Part shown: one piece after another, positions 39,939 through 51,276 of the stretch
Numbering within the stretch: position 1 is the first letter of the stretch
Layout of the letters: each line of letters begins with the position of its first letter
Assembly (NCBI GenBank): GCA_964252035.1
Contig: CAXUOO010000125.1
Length of the DNA stretch: 64,000 nt
Strand: one strand, 5' to 3'
Origin: Podarcis erhardii
Lineage: Eukaryota
The notes under the pieces: generated by a model
The model's database searches: none
What the model was told of the DNA's origin: nothing
The model's input: the letters and a program-made list of their open reading frames with translations, nothing else
Made by a program: the position numbers and the translations under genes

Positions 39939-42453
39939 TGCTTCGAGCAGCAAAAACACTGTCTTCAACTGCTACTCGACACTGCTTGCCAACACTCGCC
40001 CCAGCAGCAGCAAATTCGGTTGCAAACGAAACACTCACTCGCTCAGTTCTCCTCGTCTTCGAAAAAGCGAGACACTGCTGCTCTCCCTGCTGCTGCTGTT
40101 TTTTTTCTTTGTGCATTTTTTGTGGTTGTTGTGGTTCTGCTGTTGCCTTTGACTTTGCAACTGAAGTGCAGATGTATTTTTCAGCTGCTGCTGGAGCAGG
40201 AGGAAGCGGAAAAGTGGCTGTGGCTGTAGCTGCACCGCTTTTTCTCCTCTGCTTTTCGTCCTCGTCTCAGTGCACTGACTAGCTCGCACAAAACAGTGCT
40301 GACAAGGCTCCTTGCTTGCTTGCTGAGTCCTCACAGCTCCTTCGCTGCTGAAACTGCAGCAAAGGGGTTTCTTTTTCACTCTGCAAAAACTGCCGAAGCT
40401 GCAGAGATCGAATGAGTGCTGCTGCAGCAGCTGCTGCACTGCTTGCTTTGCAGCACACAGAGACTCCTGCAGAGTGAGAAACTCTGCTGCTTTCGAGTGA
40501 TGTTGCTGCCACAGCTGTTTTTCAATGTGTGAGAGAGCTGCTTGCTCTTAAGTTGCTGGAAAGATCTCTGGAAAGTAGAGCCCACATCCACCCACTGATG
40601 ATCTTGCAAAAGCTGCCTTTTCTCCAAATGCAAGCAACTCTCGCTGCTACTGTGCAGCTCCTTCTTCTTTTCCCTCAAAACGCTGCTGCTGTTGTTGTTG
40701 TGGTTGTTCCATCTGTGTTGAATCTCCTGCTCAAGCCACGCTACAGGTCTGCACCAGTTGGACTCCGCCCTTGTGTTTGTTATGTAGCTAGTGTTTTGTT
40801 TTTTTTCTTTGCCTTTCAGTTGAGGAAAAGCAGAAGCAGCAGCAGCTGCAGCCGCAGTGAGAGACCGCAACTGCAGAAAGCACAAGTAAATACTCAAAAA
40901 AGGACGCAACTGCGTGCAGAGAGTCAGTTGCTAAATGCCTGTTTTTTGAAACGCAAGAAAAAATGCTCCTGGACGAATGCTGCTGGTGCTGCTTTCTTCA
41001 AAGACTCTACAGATCTTTCTGACCGCTGAAAAAATCCCAACTAGGCCGTAATTGACGCTGCAGACGCAGCTCCTTGGCAAAAGCGGGTTTGCTTCTGTAC
41101 AGCAGCTCAAGGGTGTTCATGTTGCAGGCAGAGTGAGCCCTTCTACCGATGCCACTGCTTCTTCTGCCTTTTTGCTGCAAAAAAACTCCTCAGCTCGCGG
41201 AGAAAAAAGGGTTCAAACCACACAGGTCCCACATACTTAACGGGTAGACGCTGGTCTCCTCTTGTAGAGATGTGGCGGCTATTCACTACTGCTGCCGCTG
41301 CTGTCGTGTTATTTGTCGTTGTTGCAGTGCATGCAACGCAAAAGCGAGCAACAGCAACACGGAGCAGTAGAACGACGAAGATCCTGTTTGAAATCGCTGG
41401 CTTTCGGTTGTATGGAACTCTCAAGCGAGACACTACGCTCTCAGAAACTGTTAGGGACAAGTCTTTCTTCGTCGCTACTCTTGTTGCTCCTGCCCCAATC
41501 ATTAATGACGTAAGTGCTACTGTTATTGCTGTAGCTGCTGCTCCAGTATAGGAGCAGTTGCTACTGCTGTAGCTGCTTCTATCGTTCCGATCGTTAGCAG
41601 TGTGATCAAAGCCTCGACCTTGCTGCGGTCCTTGAGTGTGTGTGAGGGGACTCTGCGGGTGCTGCTGCAGTGGAGTTGCTCGTGCATTTCCTGCTAGAAA
41701 GTAACAGTAAAAAACTGCTGATGTTGCTGCTATGTGTTGAAAAAGTTTCAGTGCTTCTGCTGCTGCTGCGGCTACTGTATGCAAAGAAAGCGCTACTGCT
41801 ACTGTTTTGATGAAGGTATTGCGAAACGTTGCTGCTGTTCCTACATGTTGTGGAGCAGACGTTGCTACACTTCATCTCTGATTACTGGGAAACAAGCTGC
41901 TTGCATTGATGCTGCTGCTGTTGTTGCTTTCGCTGCAGTTTTCATAAAACTGCCAAAAATTAGTGTAGACACAGGTCTCTACAGCTGCAGCAACAACAGC
42001 ACCAACGCAACAACAATGGCGAAGAGGACTAACTCCCGGAATGTGACTGAGTATACCGCAGCAGCAGTTTTGACAAGTACTGTGTTCAAAGTAGAGGCAG
42101 AGTGAAAAGCAGCACCACTGCAGCAGCTGCTGGCTGCTGGAGCAGCTGTTCGAGCATCTATATTCGAAGAATGGAGAGGTTGTGTAACTTCAAAAACAGC
42201 CGCTGTAGAGCGAACAACAACTACTTCTGTCGTGTGGCCTACTCACTTTCCTGGCCCACTTCTTGATGTTGCTGTCTGTTGTAGATGCAACAAAGTGTTT
42301 GACATTACAATTTTCCTGCTCTACATACTGCGTGTTCTACGCATGCCACAAAGTGAGAACCTTACACGCGTACATATAGAATATGTATATATATATATAT
42401 ATATATATGTATATGAATGATCTGATTGCTTAGGGCTGCTGCTACTCCTATTC

Positions 42454-42484
<31 letters not shown>

Positions 42485-45434
42485 TATACATTTTTTCATA
42501 TTGGTATCTTACGTGTCTACACTGTATAAATTTGTGTGTGTTCACACAAATGGCGCAGAGGCTGAGGAAGATGTGTGAAGGGCTGTACTTCTGCGCGCTC
42601 GTGTTGCTTCTTCTATTGCCGATCATTCAAAGCACATGTGCTCAGGGTGCTGAAGAGGATGTGACTACGTGAAAGCCAATACCCAAATACAATGTGAGCA
42701 GCAGCACTGTTAACGATATGTGCTGCAGCAGCTGCTGCTGCAATGTACGAAGCGTAGTAGCACCAAGAGCGACTGAGAAGTGGCAGACTTGTATATGCAG
42801 TAGCAGCACTTGCAGATATATTTTTCGAAAAATCAAATCGCAGCAAATGCAGCGTCACACAGCAGCAAAAGGCGAAGTGTTTGGCAACAGGTGCTGTAGA
42901 AAGGGCACTGTCAACACGCGAAATCAAGCAGCAGCCACAATGGCAGACAATTTTCGACAGACGACTGAGTAATGGCCTTTATGGAAATTTTGTAAAAATA
43001 GAATTTCAATTGCTACCTGAAAACATCAGCGACAATGTCTGCGAACGCGTTTATATGTTTAGAGGTGTCTAGACGCGTAGCTGTGCTTTCTTATGGTACT
43101 TGTGCAGTTATTCTTTTGACACCATAACAGGAGCAGCAGCAAAATTTGGAGGAATATGAATAGCAGCCGTTAAGATGCCGTCTGTCGATTCATCGTTGTT
43201 ATACACACTCGAAGCTGCCACTGTCGCTGTAGCGTGCACGCATGACGACAGCAGCTGAAAATGTTGGGTATGAGTGAAAGAGGTTCTACTTCGACTACAT
43301 CTCAGCAGCAGCTGAGAAATCATGTAGACTTGCCAACGAGATCGTATACATTTCGACATACGAGCTGTATCGAACTGGAAGAATTCATCGATAACCAGCA
43401 ATAAAAGTCACATCTGCGGAAATTTCCGGTGAGTTTAGGGCAGAACGTGATTTTTTCTTGCGATAAAGAAGAGAATTTGTAGATTCTTTTCATTGGATAT
43501 GTGGTGTACTGAATTATCTGTATCCGCATGCACGTTCGCTCGTCTCTAGCAAAGAGTCTGTAAAATTGGGACTTCTCCATCTTCTTTTTGAGCCGTTTTA
43601 CATTGTCTGAAAGAACACACCAGTGCAAAGAATCCTTACAAAATTTTCTGTAACCGACGTTCGGTATGCCCCAGTACATTTTTGTGCTGTCCATCGGCAA
43701 CATAGGCAGAGACATACAAAGCTCGGGTAGTATCGATGATATGATTGTTACACACGGGAACATACACACGTTTACGTATATACATACGCGTTTTCAGTAT
43801 GAGCAAAGCAATCAAGGTAAACGTAATTTATAACTTTCTATCTGTGTATACAGATGTATATTATCTCGAAAGATGATCTATGTTCGGTACCCGTATGCGT
43901 TTTCCGTATGTGTTTTGTACGAGTCGTTGAAAAGAAATTTTCACACTGAATCAGATTCATGAACCCCACCTTACCAACTTTCGCGCGAAAAAAAATGCGC
44001 TTTGTAACTTTACATCTTATCTAAAATGTCGGAAAGGCTACTAGACATGCTAAGCCGTGCCGCCAGTCGTAGTGCAAGCAGGTGCTGCTGCACGTGCATA
44101 CACACACATACACACAGAAGCAGGTTAGCAGCCGCCATTTACAGTTGAAGTGGTCGAGCTAGGGGCAAAGAACCGCAGCTACAGCTGCAGCCCTGGTAGT
44201 TGCGAAGGCTGGGGACCAATTGGCAATGAAAATACAGCTTCACTAGCGCAGGAAAAACTCGTCTTGCATCACCTGTGCTGGTAGCAAAAAGCTTGGTTGA
44301 TTCCTTTGATTCACGCCGTGTACGCATACGATTCACGGAGCAATTGTTCCCGATTTAACTAAAAGTAGGTGTATATGCTTTGTCAGTTTGCATCGTCATC
44401 ATTGTTTCCGTCGAGAATTGTAAGACTGGTGTTACACCGATAGCATTTAGTATCCGTCGCTCTCAAATTATTTCACGTTCTCGACCATTAGAGCATTTCC
44501 AGAAAACCAAAGTCAAAATATCAGCTTTCAACAATGCTATAGTCTGTACTCAATTATACGCACGCATTTTACAATTTCGTGCCACGATCGTGTCAGCGAG
44601 CCTTCACACACCGCGTATCCTTGTAAATCGGTAGTAGCTTTGCGAAATTAATTCAGTGAAGATCAGACTGCATACATAGTCTGGAATTAATAAAATCGTT
44701 CAAATAAGTGATATATACTGATCAATAAGATATATACATATATTTATATATATGTATATATATATATATATATGTATATATGATATATGTATCTATACAT
44801 GTACACATTCTCCTTTACGTAACATACATATGTATATATATATATATATAGTCAAACTGGTAGGCATCGATAATTGTAGAGCAATTTTCTTTGATGTTTA
44901 TTTACCCTTGTACTTAGCTATCTCTCACGTATACATGAATGGCAGCGAGCAATTGAGTTTTCGAAAGGAGTCAAAAAACATCTGCTCCCAAAAGCGGTGT
45001 GTTTGCCTCTGATTGCATCCCAAATCCACACACTCCCTCTTATTCCCTCATCATTTTCTGGCACCATATATGGGTCTTCCACTCTCGCCGGCTATTTGTT
45101 CATTGGCCTGCTGTGATTGACCCGTCAGTTCCGCTACCGTCGCTCTTACCGCGTGTTTTTTCGTATATTCAACTCTGAATGCGCCTGCGACTCTCGCACC
45201 CTTTCTTTACTCGCTTTTTACCGCTCCATTTCGTCTATACTTTAGTACGTCGCGTTTTTGCGCGTTTTTCCTGCCCTGGCGTAGTTTTGCTTGACCGTGG
45301 GTCCTCCTCACTTTGCGGTAGCAAATTTTCACGGCTAAAAACTTTCCTCGACGCCGCTTTAAGTCTTCTTCTCGCATGTCTCCCTATCTTTTGTCGCCAC
45401 ATATACGCTGCGTTGCAGCTCCCCTTTCACCGTC

Positions 45435-48146
45435 ATGCCTGCTGGAGTTGCTGAGCGGTCGTCTTTTCCATCTAATGCGGCTGCTGCCGCACCACCTGCT
45501 AGAAAATGGCTGCTGTCGCCGCAGGAATTGGCTGATTTGCTGCGACGGCACGGCTTTCTCGAACAGCAGCGTCTGCTGCGTTTCGTTGCGGAGGATCGCA
45601 GTGAAACTGACACAGTAACAGCAGCAGCAGCAGCAAGAACTAAATATGAGGAAGCTGCACCAGCAGAAGCGAGAGAGGAAGGAAGTGTGTATGTGATGGA
45701 CTGCTCGTGGACAAAGCAGCCGATCTTTGGAGGGAGAGACGGAGAACAGGAATTTCTCGAAAAGGTCCGCTTGCCACAGGCTGTCTTTTTTGATATTGAC
45801 GCATGTTGTGACAACGCAAAGCCCTTTCCTCACATGCTGCCTCCTCTTCCTCTCTTCTCTTACTATATGGAGCAGAAAGTGAGGGAATATCGCGACCGCG
45901 GACAACAGCAGTCGCCTCAGCAGGAGCACGTTGCCCATCGGCAGCGGCAGCCGGGTGTACGTACACCACCGCTGTACGAGCAGGCTCAGCTGCGTGGGTG
46001 GAGTCCACCAGAGCAACAGCAGAAAGATGAGAGGAATATAGAGAAGTTGCAACAGCAGAAAGATGAGAGGAATATAGAGAAGTTGCAACAGCAGAAAGAT
46101 GAGAGGAATAGAGAGAAGTTGCAACAGCAGAAAGATGAGAGGAATATAGAGAAGTTGCAACAGCAGAAAGAGGAGAGGAATATAGAGAAGTTGCAACAGC
46201 AGAATGTGGAGTGGCAGAAGACAAGTCAGCAGCAGCAACAGCAGGACGAAGGAGTCAAGAAAGACGATGTTTTCGTACTGTACGATAGTGTGGGACTCTA
46301 TTCTGCGTCGCGAGTGTTTTTCACGTTACGTGCTTTCGGTATAAGAAATGTGTACATTCTTGACGGAGGGATAAAGCGGTGGATCGCGGAAGGTTATCCG
46401 GTAGAACGTGGCCCACTGCAGCAATTCACATATCGGTCACCTTCGTTGCTGCAAAAGGAGCAGTCGCAGGCAAATAACCACTCACAGCGGCAGCAGCCGC
46501 AGCAACAACAACAGCAACAACAACAGCAGCAACGACAGCAGCAGAAGGCCCAAATGATTTCTTTGCAGTTTGACAGCAGTCGCGTGTGTCACTACGAAGA
46601 GGTCGTGAGAATAATGCGACGCCATTTGCAGCAGCAGCAGCAAAAATGTAAAAAGGAGGCGACTTCCGACTGCTGCTCAACGAAGCCCCAGTCAGCAAGT
46701 GAAGTAGCAGCCAAGACCAAGGAGCAAGATCGCAGCAAAGGCGCTTTTGCTGCTGTCGCAAATGACTCTGCAGCTTCATTTGTTCCTCTCTTTCTTGACG
46801 CACGCCCAGCCGCACGATTTGAAGGCAAAGAGTCCGAAAATCGGCCAGGCGTCGCCTCTGGCCACATGCCAGGCGCTCTCAATGTTCCATTCCTTTCACT
46901 CTTGCAGCTACATACTGGCAACAGCAGCAGCGGCACTACACACAGCTGCAACGATAACAGCAGCAGCAGCAGCATCAGCAGTGATAGCAAGTGTTCTTGT
47001 GCATTTGGTTCTTCTCCTGCAGACGAAGAATTTGCCTTTCATACGCTTCTGCCTGTGGAGCAGCTGCGTCACGTGCTCTCACCTGTCTTGCAGCAACTAC
47101 AGATGTCTACTCAGCAACAGCTTCATCAGCAGTGGCAGCTCCAGCAGCAGCCGCTTTCACTTGCGCAGAAGCGTCGGCAGCAGCCGGTGCCGACAGCGCA
47201 GAGAGAGGCAGCGAACAAAGCTGTTCTTTCCTGCGGAAGCGGCGTGACTGCATGCATCCTCTATGTGGCTCTTCTGGTGGTAAAATACCTTGTTTAGTCA
47301 ACAGGTTTTCACGAAGCAAACACAACGTATAGAAACTTTCTACTCGAGTTAGTATGCGCTGTCTGCACATTTGACTTCTGTCGTATATACGTGCTTATGC
47401 ATTTTCAGTTGTGCTACAGTCAATTCTGAAGGTGTTGTGGATGCAAGTCCATCATCTGGTACTACAAAGATATACGCATGCATATCATATTTGTAGCTCA
47501 AATTCGTCTTGTGGAACTTCATCCACTACATGTGTGCATTGTAAAATGTGATCAAATCAAATAGATTAAATTAGTTAGACGATACGAATGCGCCAGCTGG
47601 CGCGTCTGGCGGCTCCCGATTACTTTGTGAGGAGTGTGTACATTCACATATAATCTAACCCGTATACAGATATCCATATATAAGTGGATAGAGAACATTT
47701 GTCAGTAAGGGATGTAGAAACTTCTGAGAGTGATTTGCTCGCTTCTGAGCTCTCCTGCTGAGCGAAACAGGAGCATACCAGAGACATCATACATGTATCT
47801 ATATAGCTTCTCCTTACATTGTATGCCCAGACGTGTAGGAGTATGCATGTCATGATAAATGTACACGTATACACTCCCCCTAGGTATTTGAGACACCAAC
47901 TACGCATCCTTACACGTGCGCAAACTATGCATTCATAAGTCATATACAAATATATATTTATGTATTGCGTTGTGAGTGCAGCTAGGCATAAGAGAAGAGC
48001 TCCTGCAGTTGTACGATGGAAGCTGGTGTGAATTTGCGATACGCCGCGTGCTAGAAAATGACGGAGAAGGTATCGTCCCGTCTCTCACCGCTTCTGACTA
48101 TCTGCTATATAAACAGCAGATTTTACAGCAACATTGGCAGAAATAG
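45435..48146 (+). CDS. MPST: 3-mercaptopyruvate sulfurtransferase (tandem rhodanese domains), about 669 aa
   Basis: Exon 1 (45435-47279) contains WLLSPQEL, VMDCSW, AVFFDID, PHMLP, VLYD..GLYSASRVFFTLRAFG..NVYILDGGIKRW, LDARPAARFEG, SGHMPGALNVPF and the active-site loop CGSGVTAC. A phase-0 GT-AG intron spans 47280-47981. Exon 2 (47982-48146) supplies the rhodanese C-terminal signature LYDGSWCEF and a TAG stop. Confidence 0.93.
46014..46203 (+). repeat. Coding minisatellite: 5 copies plus a partial copy of a 36-bp unit (QQQKDERNIEKL)
   Basis: Unit caacagcagaaagatgagaggaatatagagaagttg starts at 46014, 46050, 46086, 46122 and 46158, with single substitutions in copies 3 and 5. Confidence 0.97.
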
Positions 48147-49034
48147 CAGCGGTAACAGCTCTGAGGTTATCAGTCCTCTGCTGCAGCGTCGTAGATGGTA
48201 TATCAGTACCAGCAGTTTAGCGACTGCGAATACTTCATAAGTTAAGCTCTCTGCTGCAACATCTTCAGCAGCCACACACAATGACGGAAAAAGCAGCGTA
48301 TCGCCTCTCTCACATATATATGTATGCAAAATACATATACAGTCAACTGGGCAGACAAAGCAGCAAGCGTGTATTTAGAGCAGCAACAGAGTCACTACTC
48401 GCAACAGTTGAAGCACCAAGGGGCCTCCTTAAGAGTCTTACTAGCAAAGCAGCAGGAACAGCAGCAGCAGCACACTTTTTTTCAGAGTGGGCGCACATTT
48501 TACTAGCGCGGCAGCCGTACAGCAGCAGGCATATCCTCCAATATACTTAAAGCCACACCAATGGTAGATCCGGTAATTTTAACGGAACGTCCGCAGCGGC
48601 ACAAGAGGGCTGTATGAAGAGCCATGTTATAAACATATAAACTTGCTGCTGGATACAAATCCCACCTCCAACAGCACGAGCGGTCAAAGATTTGACACAG
48701 AGCAGGAGCTGCACATGCATGCAGAAAAGTACATATACGCAGACACATTATGGCCCTGTGCATCCTTCTAATGTGATACGAGGACAGTCAGCGAAGCAGT
48801 ACGGCATAGCGCCTAGAGCCAAACCACATGCGCAGAGGTTTTGCTTTCACTGTTGTTGCTGCCAATTCTGTTCCCTTGTGGAAAAAGGGCTTGCTTCTGT
48901 TAGCTTGGATTCGATTGAAGGACGCAAATTTCTCGTCCAGACATTAAGATGCACTTTGAGAGCTTGAAAAAGAAACTTTACCACCAGAACGTATTTCGCA
49001 GAAGTCTCATAGGTGTGTTGCATATGTATATCTA

Positions 49035-49072
<38 letters not shown>

Positions 49073-49406
49073 GAGGACAGGTTCGCTCGGCTTTTTTTAT
49101 GTGAATTACTGCATAGTATAGTGGCATGCGCGTCCTTGAGCGTCGCATATACGTTCAATGGTAATATCGCCGTACTTCGAACGTACCCCCCCCAGAAAAA
49201 CAGGGCTTTCAGAGGTTCAAGTGTCTACTGATTACGTCGGTTGCATATCATGCCGTCTTCCGTTGGAAACAAGTGGTAGGGCACTGCACATAAAAGTCTT
49301 GTTTAAAGGAAAAAGCCATTGGTGTGCTTTCTCTATGCATTCAATCTTGCACTTATCGTACAAACCTCTTAAGCATGCACTTAAAAAGGACTACACGATA
49401 TGTATG

Positions 49407-49451
<45 letters not shown>

Positions 49452-49933
49452 TTATTTATATACATCGTCTCCATTAAATGTTAATTTATGCTTATTTCGA
49501 GCAAAACACATCTACACATTATATATATATATATATACATATATATATTTATGTAATTTATATTTAATTTCAAATACCTGTACATCTATGTAGATTCTAC
49601 CCATAAGAAATTTGTGTATACGTATATAACTATATAATAATCTTTTCGCACAGATAAAAAAACAAACTGTTTCTCTGCAGCGATGGCACGCGGCCACACC
49701 CGAACTGGCTGGCACCAATGCCGCAGCTCTGATCGTTTACAGCGGCATCTTTTCAAGATAAACTTTTATCTGCAGGAACAAACTGAAGATATGTAGAAAA
49801 TCCGACTACGCATATATATAAATATATACATATATATGTATCAGCATTGAACATCGCATAATACGCAGTACTTCGTGGTCCTAAATAAAAGCACGTATGT
49901 TTACGCATGTGAATGAGTAAGAAAGCAATTGAG

Positions 49934-49979
<46 letters not shown>

Positions 49980-51052
49980 GTAGACCGTGTCTTAATTGCG
50001 CGGAGGTCCAAGGCAGAACCTTAGTGTTTCACTGGTACAAGAAGTTATATGATCAACCGAAAGTCACAAATAACGCATATGCAAATGTATATATAGTATG
50101 CCTGAGTCTGCTGAGTAGTAAGTGGATTGGGAAACTTCGAAGAAGGAACCCTTTTGACTTCAGCTCCAATAGCGCCCCGACAACTGAATCCTACATGCCT
50201 GCCCCCCTCCCAACAGCATGCCATAGCACAAATCTCGAGATGCATATGGCTAGCACATATGTATGTGTATATGTTTGTATACATGCGTATGAAAATAGTC
50301 AACATTTCATAGACTCTCACCAACCATATATGAATATACGTATGTATGTCACCTCTATGTCTCATGGAGCACGCACACAGTTGATAAAGTATATTAGCAA
50401 CCACATTTCATTATATCGGAATTCTTTGATTGTCCTACGTCAAGGTTGCAATTCTCAGTCTACAACTGCAGCTGATCTCCAATTGGTTCCCTCCCATCCC
50501 GGCTGTATCCAGTACTTAAATTTCTAAAAATCCCGTACTACTTTCGCAGACAGTGCTGATACTGCGACCTCGTTGCGCTGAATCAACTGGAGTGATCACT
50601 TGCCTTGTTGCATTGAGTGCTGCTGTCGATACATTGCATCTCCTGCTGCCGCCATTTTAGCATTTACACTGATGCAGTTGCTTCCACTGCTGCTACGCAC
50701 TTTCGCTGCTATCGCTGTCGCCAGTTTTGCTCTCCTGCAGTGATTGCCAGGTTGCTCTGCTGCGGCTGCTAACAGTTGCCTGCTGCTGAAGCTGGTTTCA
50801 TCATTCTGCCGATGGTGCGGTTGCGTGTTCTCTGTTGCAGCACTACAATCGCTGTGCTGTCGCTCTCATCTCTCTGCAGGTACCGCTTCCGCAAAAATTC
50901 CCTATGGCTGCACAAGCTGAAGCTGCTACAGCTGTGTCGTACTGTCCACTTCCGATGCTTTCCCTTTTAAGACTTTACTGTAAAAGCTTCGCAGTTGAAT
51001 CGTCAACGCTGAGTTCTTACTGTTCTGTACGTGCCTTCGGCGAAGCTCTGCT

Positions 51053-51178
51053 CTGCAGGCTACTTCATTGCTGCTGCAGGCTACTTCACTGCTGCTGCAG
51101 GCTACTTCATTGCTGCTGCAGGCTACTCAATTTCTGCTGCAGGCTACTTCATTTCTGCTGCAAGCTGCTTCGTTGCTG
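51053..51178. repeat. 21-bp minisatellite, about 6 degenerate copies
   Basis: Unit ctgcaggctacttcattgctg repeats with a 21-nt period from 51053. Confidence 0.9.
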
Positions 51179-51276
51179 CCGCTGTTTTGCTCTGTTTCTG
51201 TTGTTTCGGATTTTAACTCCAGTATGTGAGTGAAACTCTGTAGAAAAACAACAGTCTTGTCAGCTTCGCCGCTTTC

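Noticed and set aside
39938-45435. Divergent pairing of an Fe-S enzyme (NTH1) with a sulfurtransferase (MPST) as a functional cluster
   Set aside because: The starts are 5.5 kb apart, apicomplexans rarely cluster genes by pathway, and no shared element is visible.
46014-46203. 36-bp regularly spaced repeats (CRISPR-like length)
   Set aside because: The units are directly adjacent with no spacers, they are in-frame coding sequence, the genome is eukaryotic and there are no cas genes.
45384-46238. 284-aa and 194-aa minus-strand ORFs, and similar ORFs opposite NTH1 (38974-39874) and at 51849-52355
   Set aside because: They are antisense shadows of real coding exons; CTG/GCT repeats lack stop codons on the opposite strand.
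45435-47279. Reassigned genetic code (TAA/TAG = Gln), suggested by stops at Gln-like positions in relic tracts
   Set aside because: The well-supported genes contain many Gln codons (about 90 in MPST exon 1 alone) and none is TAA or TAG in frame, and MPST and NTH1 appear to end on TAG. Mutational decay explains the pattern better.
47590-47603. 14-bp perfect palindrome GCGCCAGCTGGCGC, and an imperfect one near 12567
   Set aside because: A few palindromes of this length are expected by chance in 64 kb.
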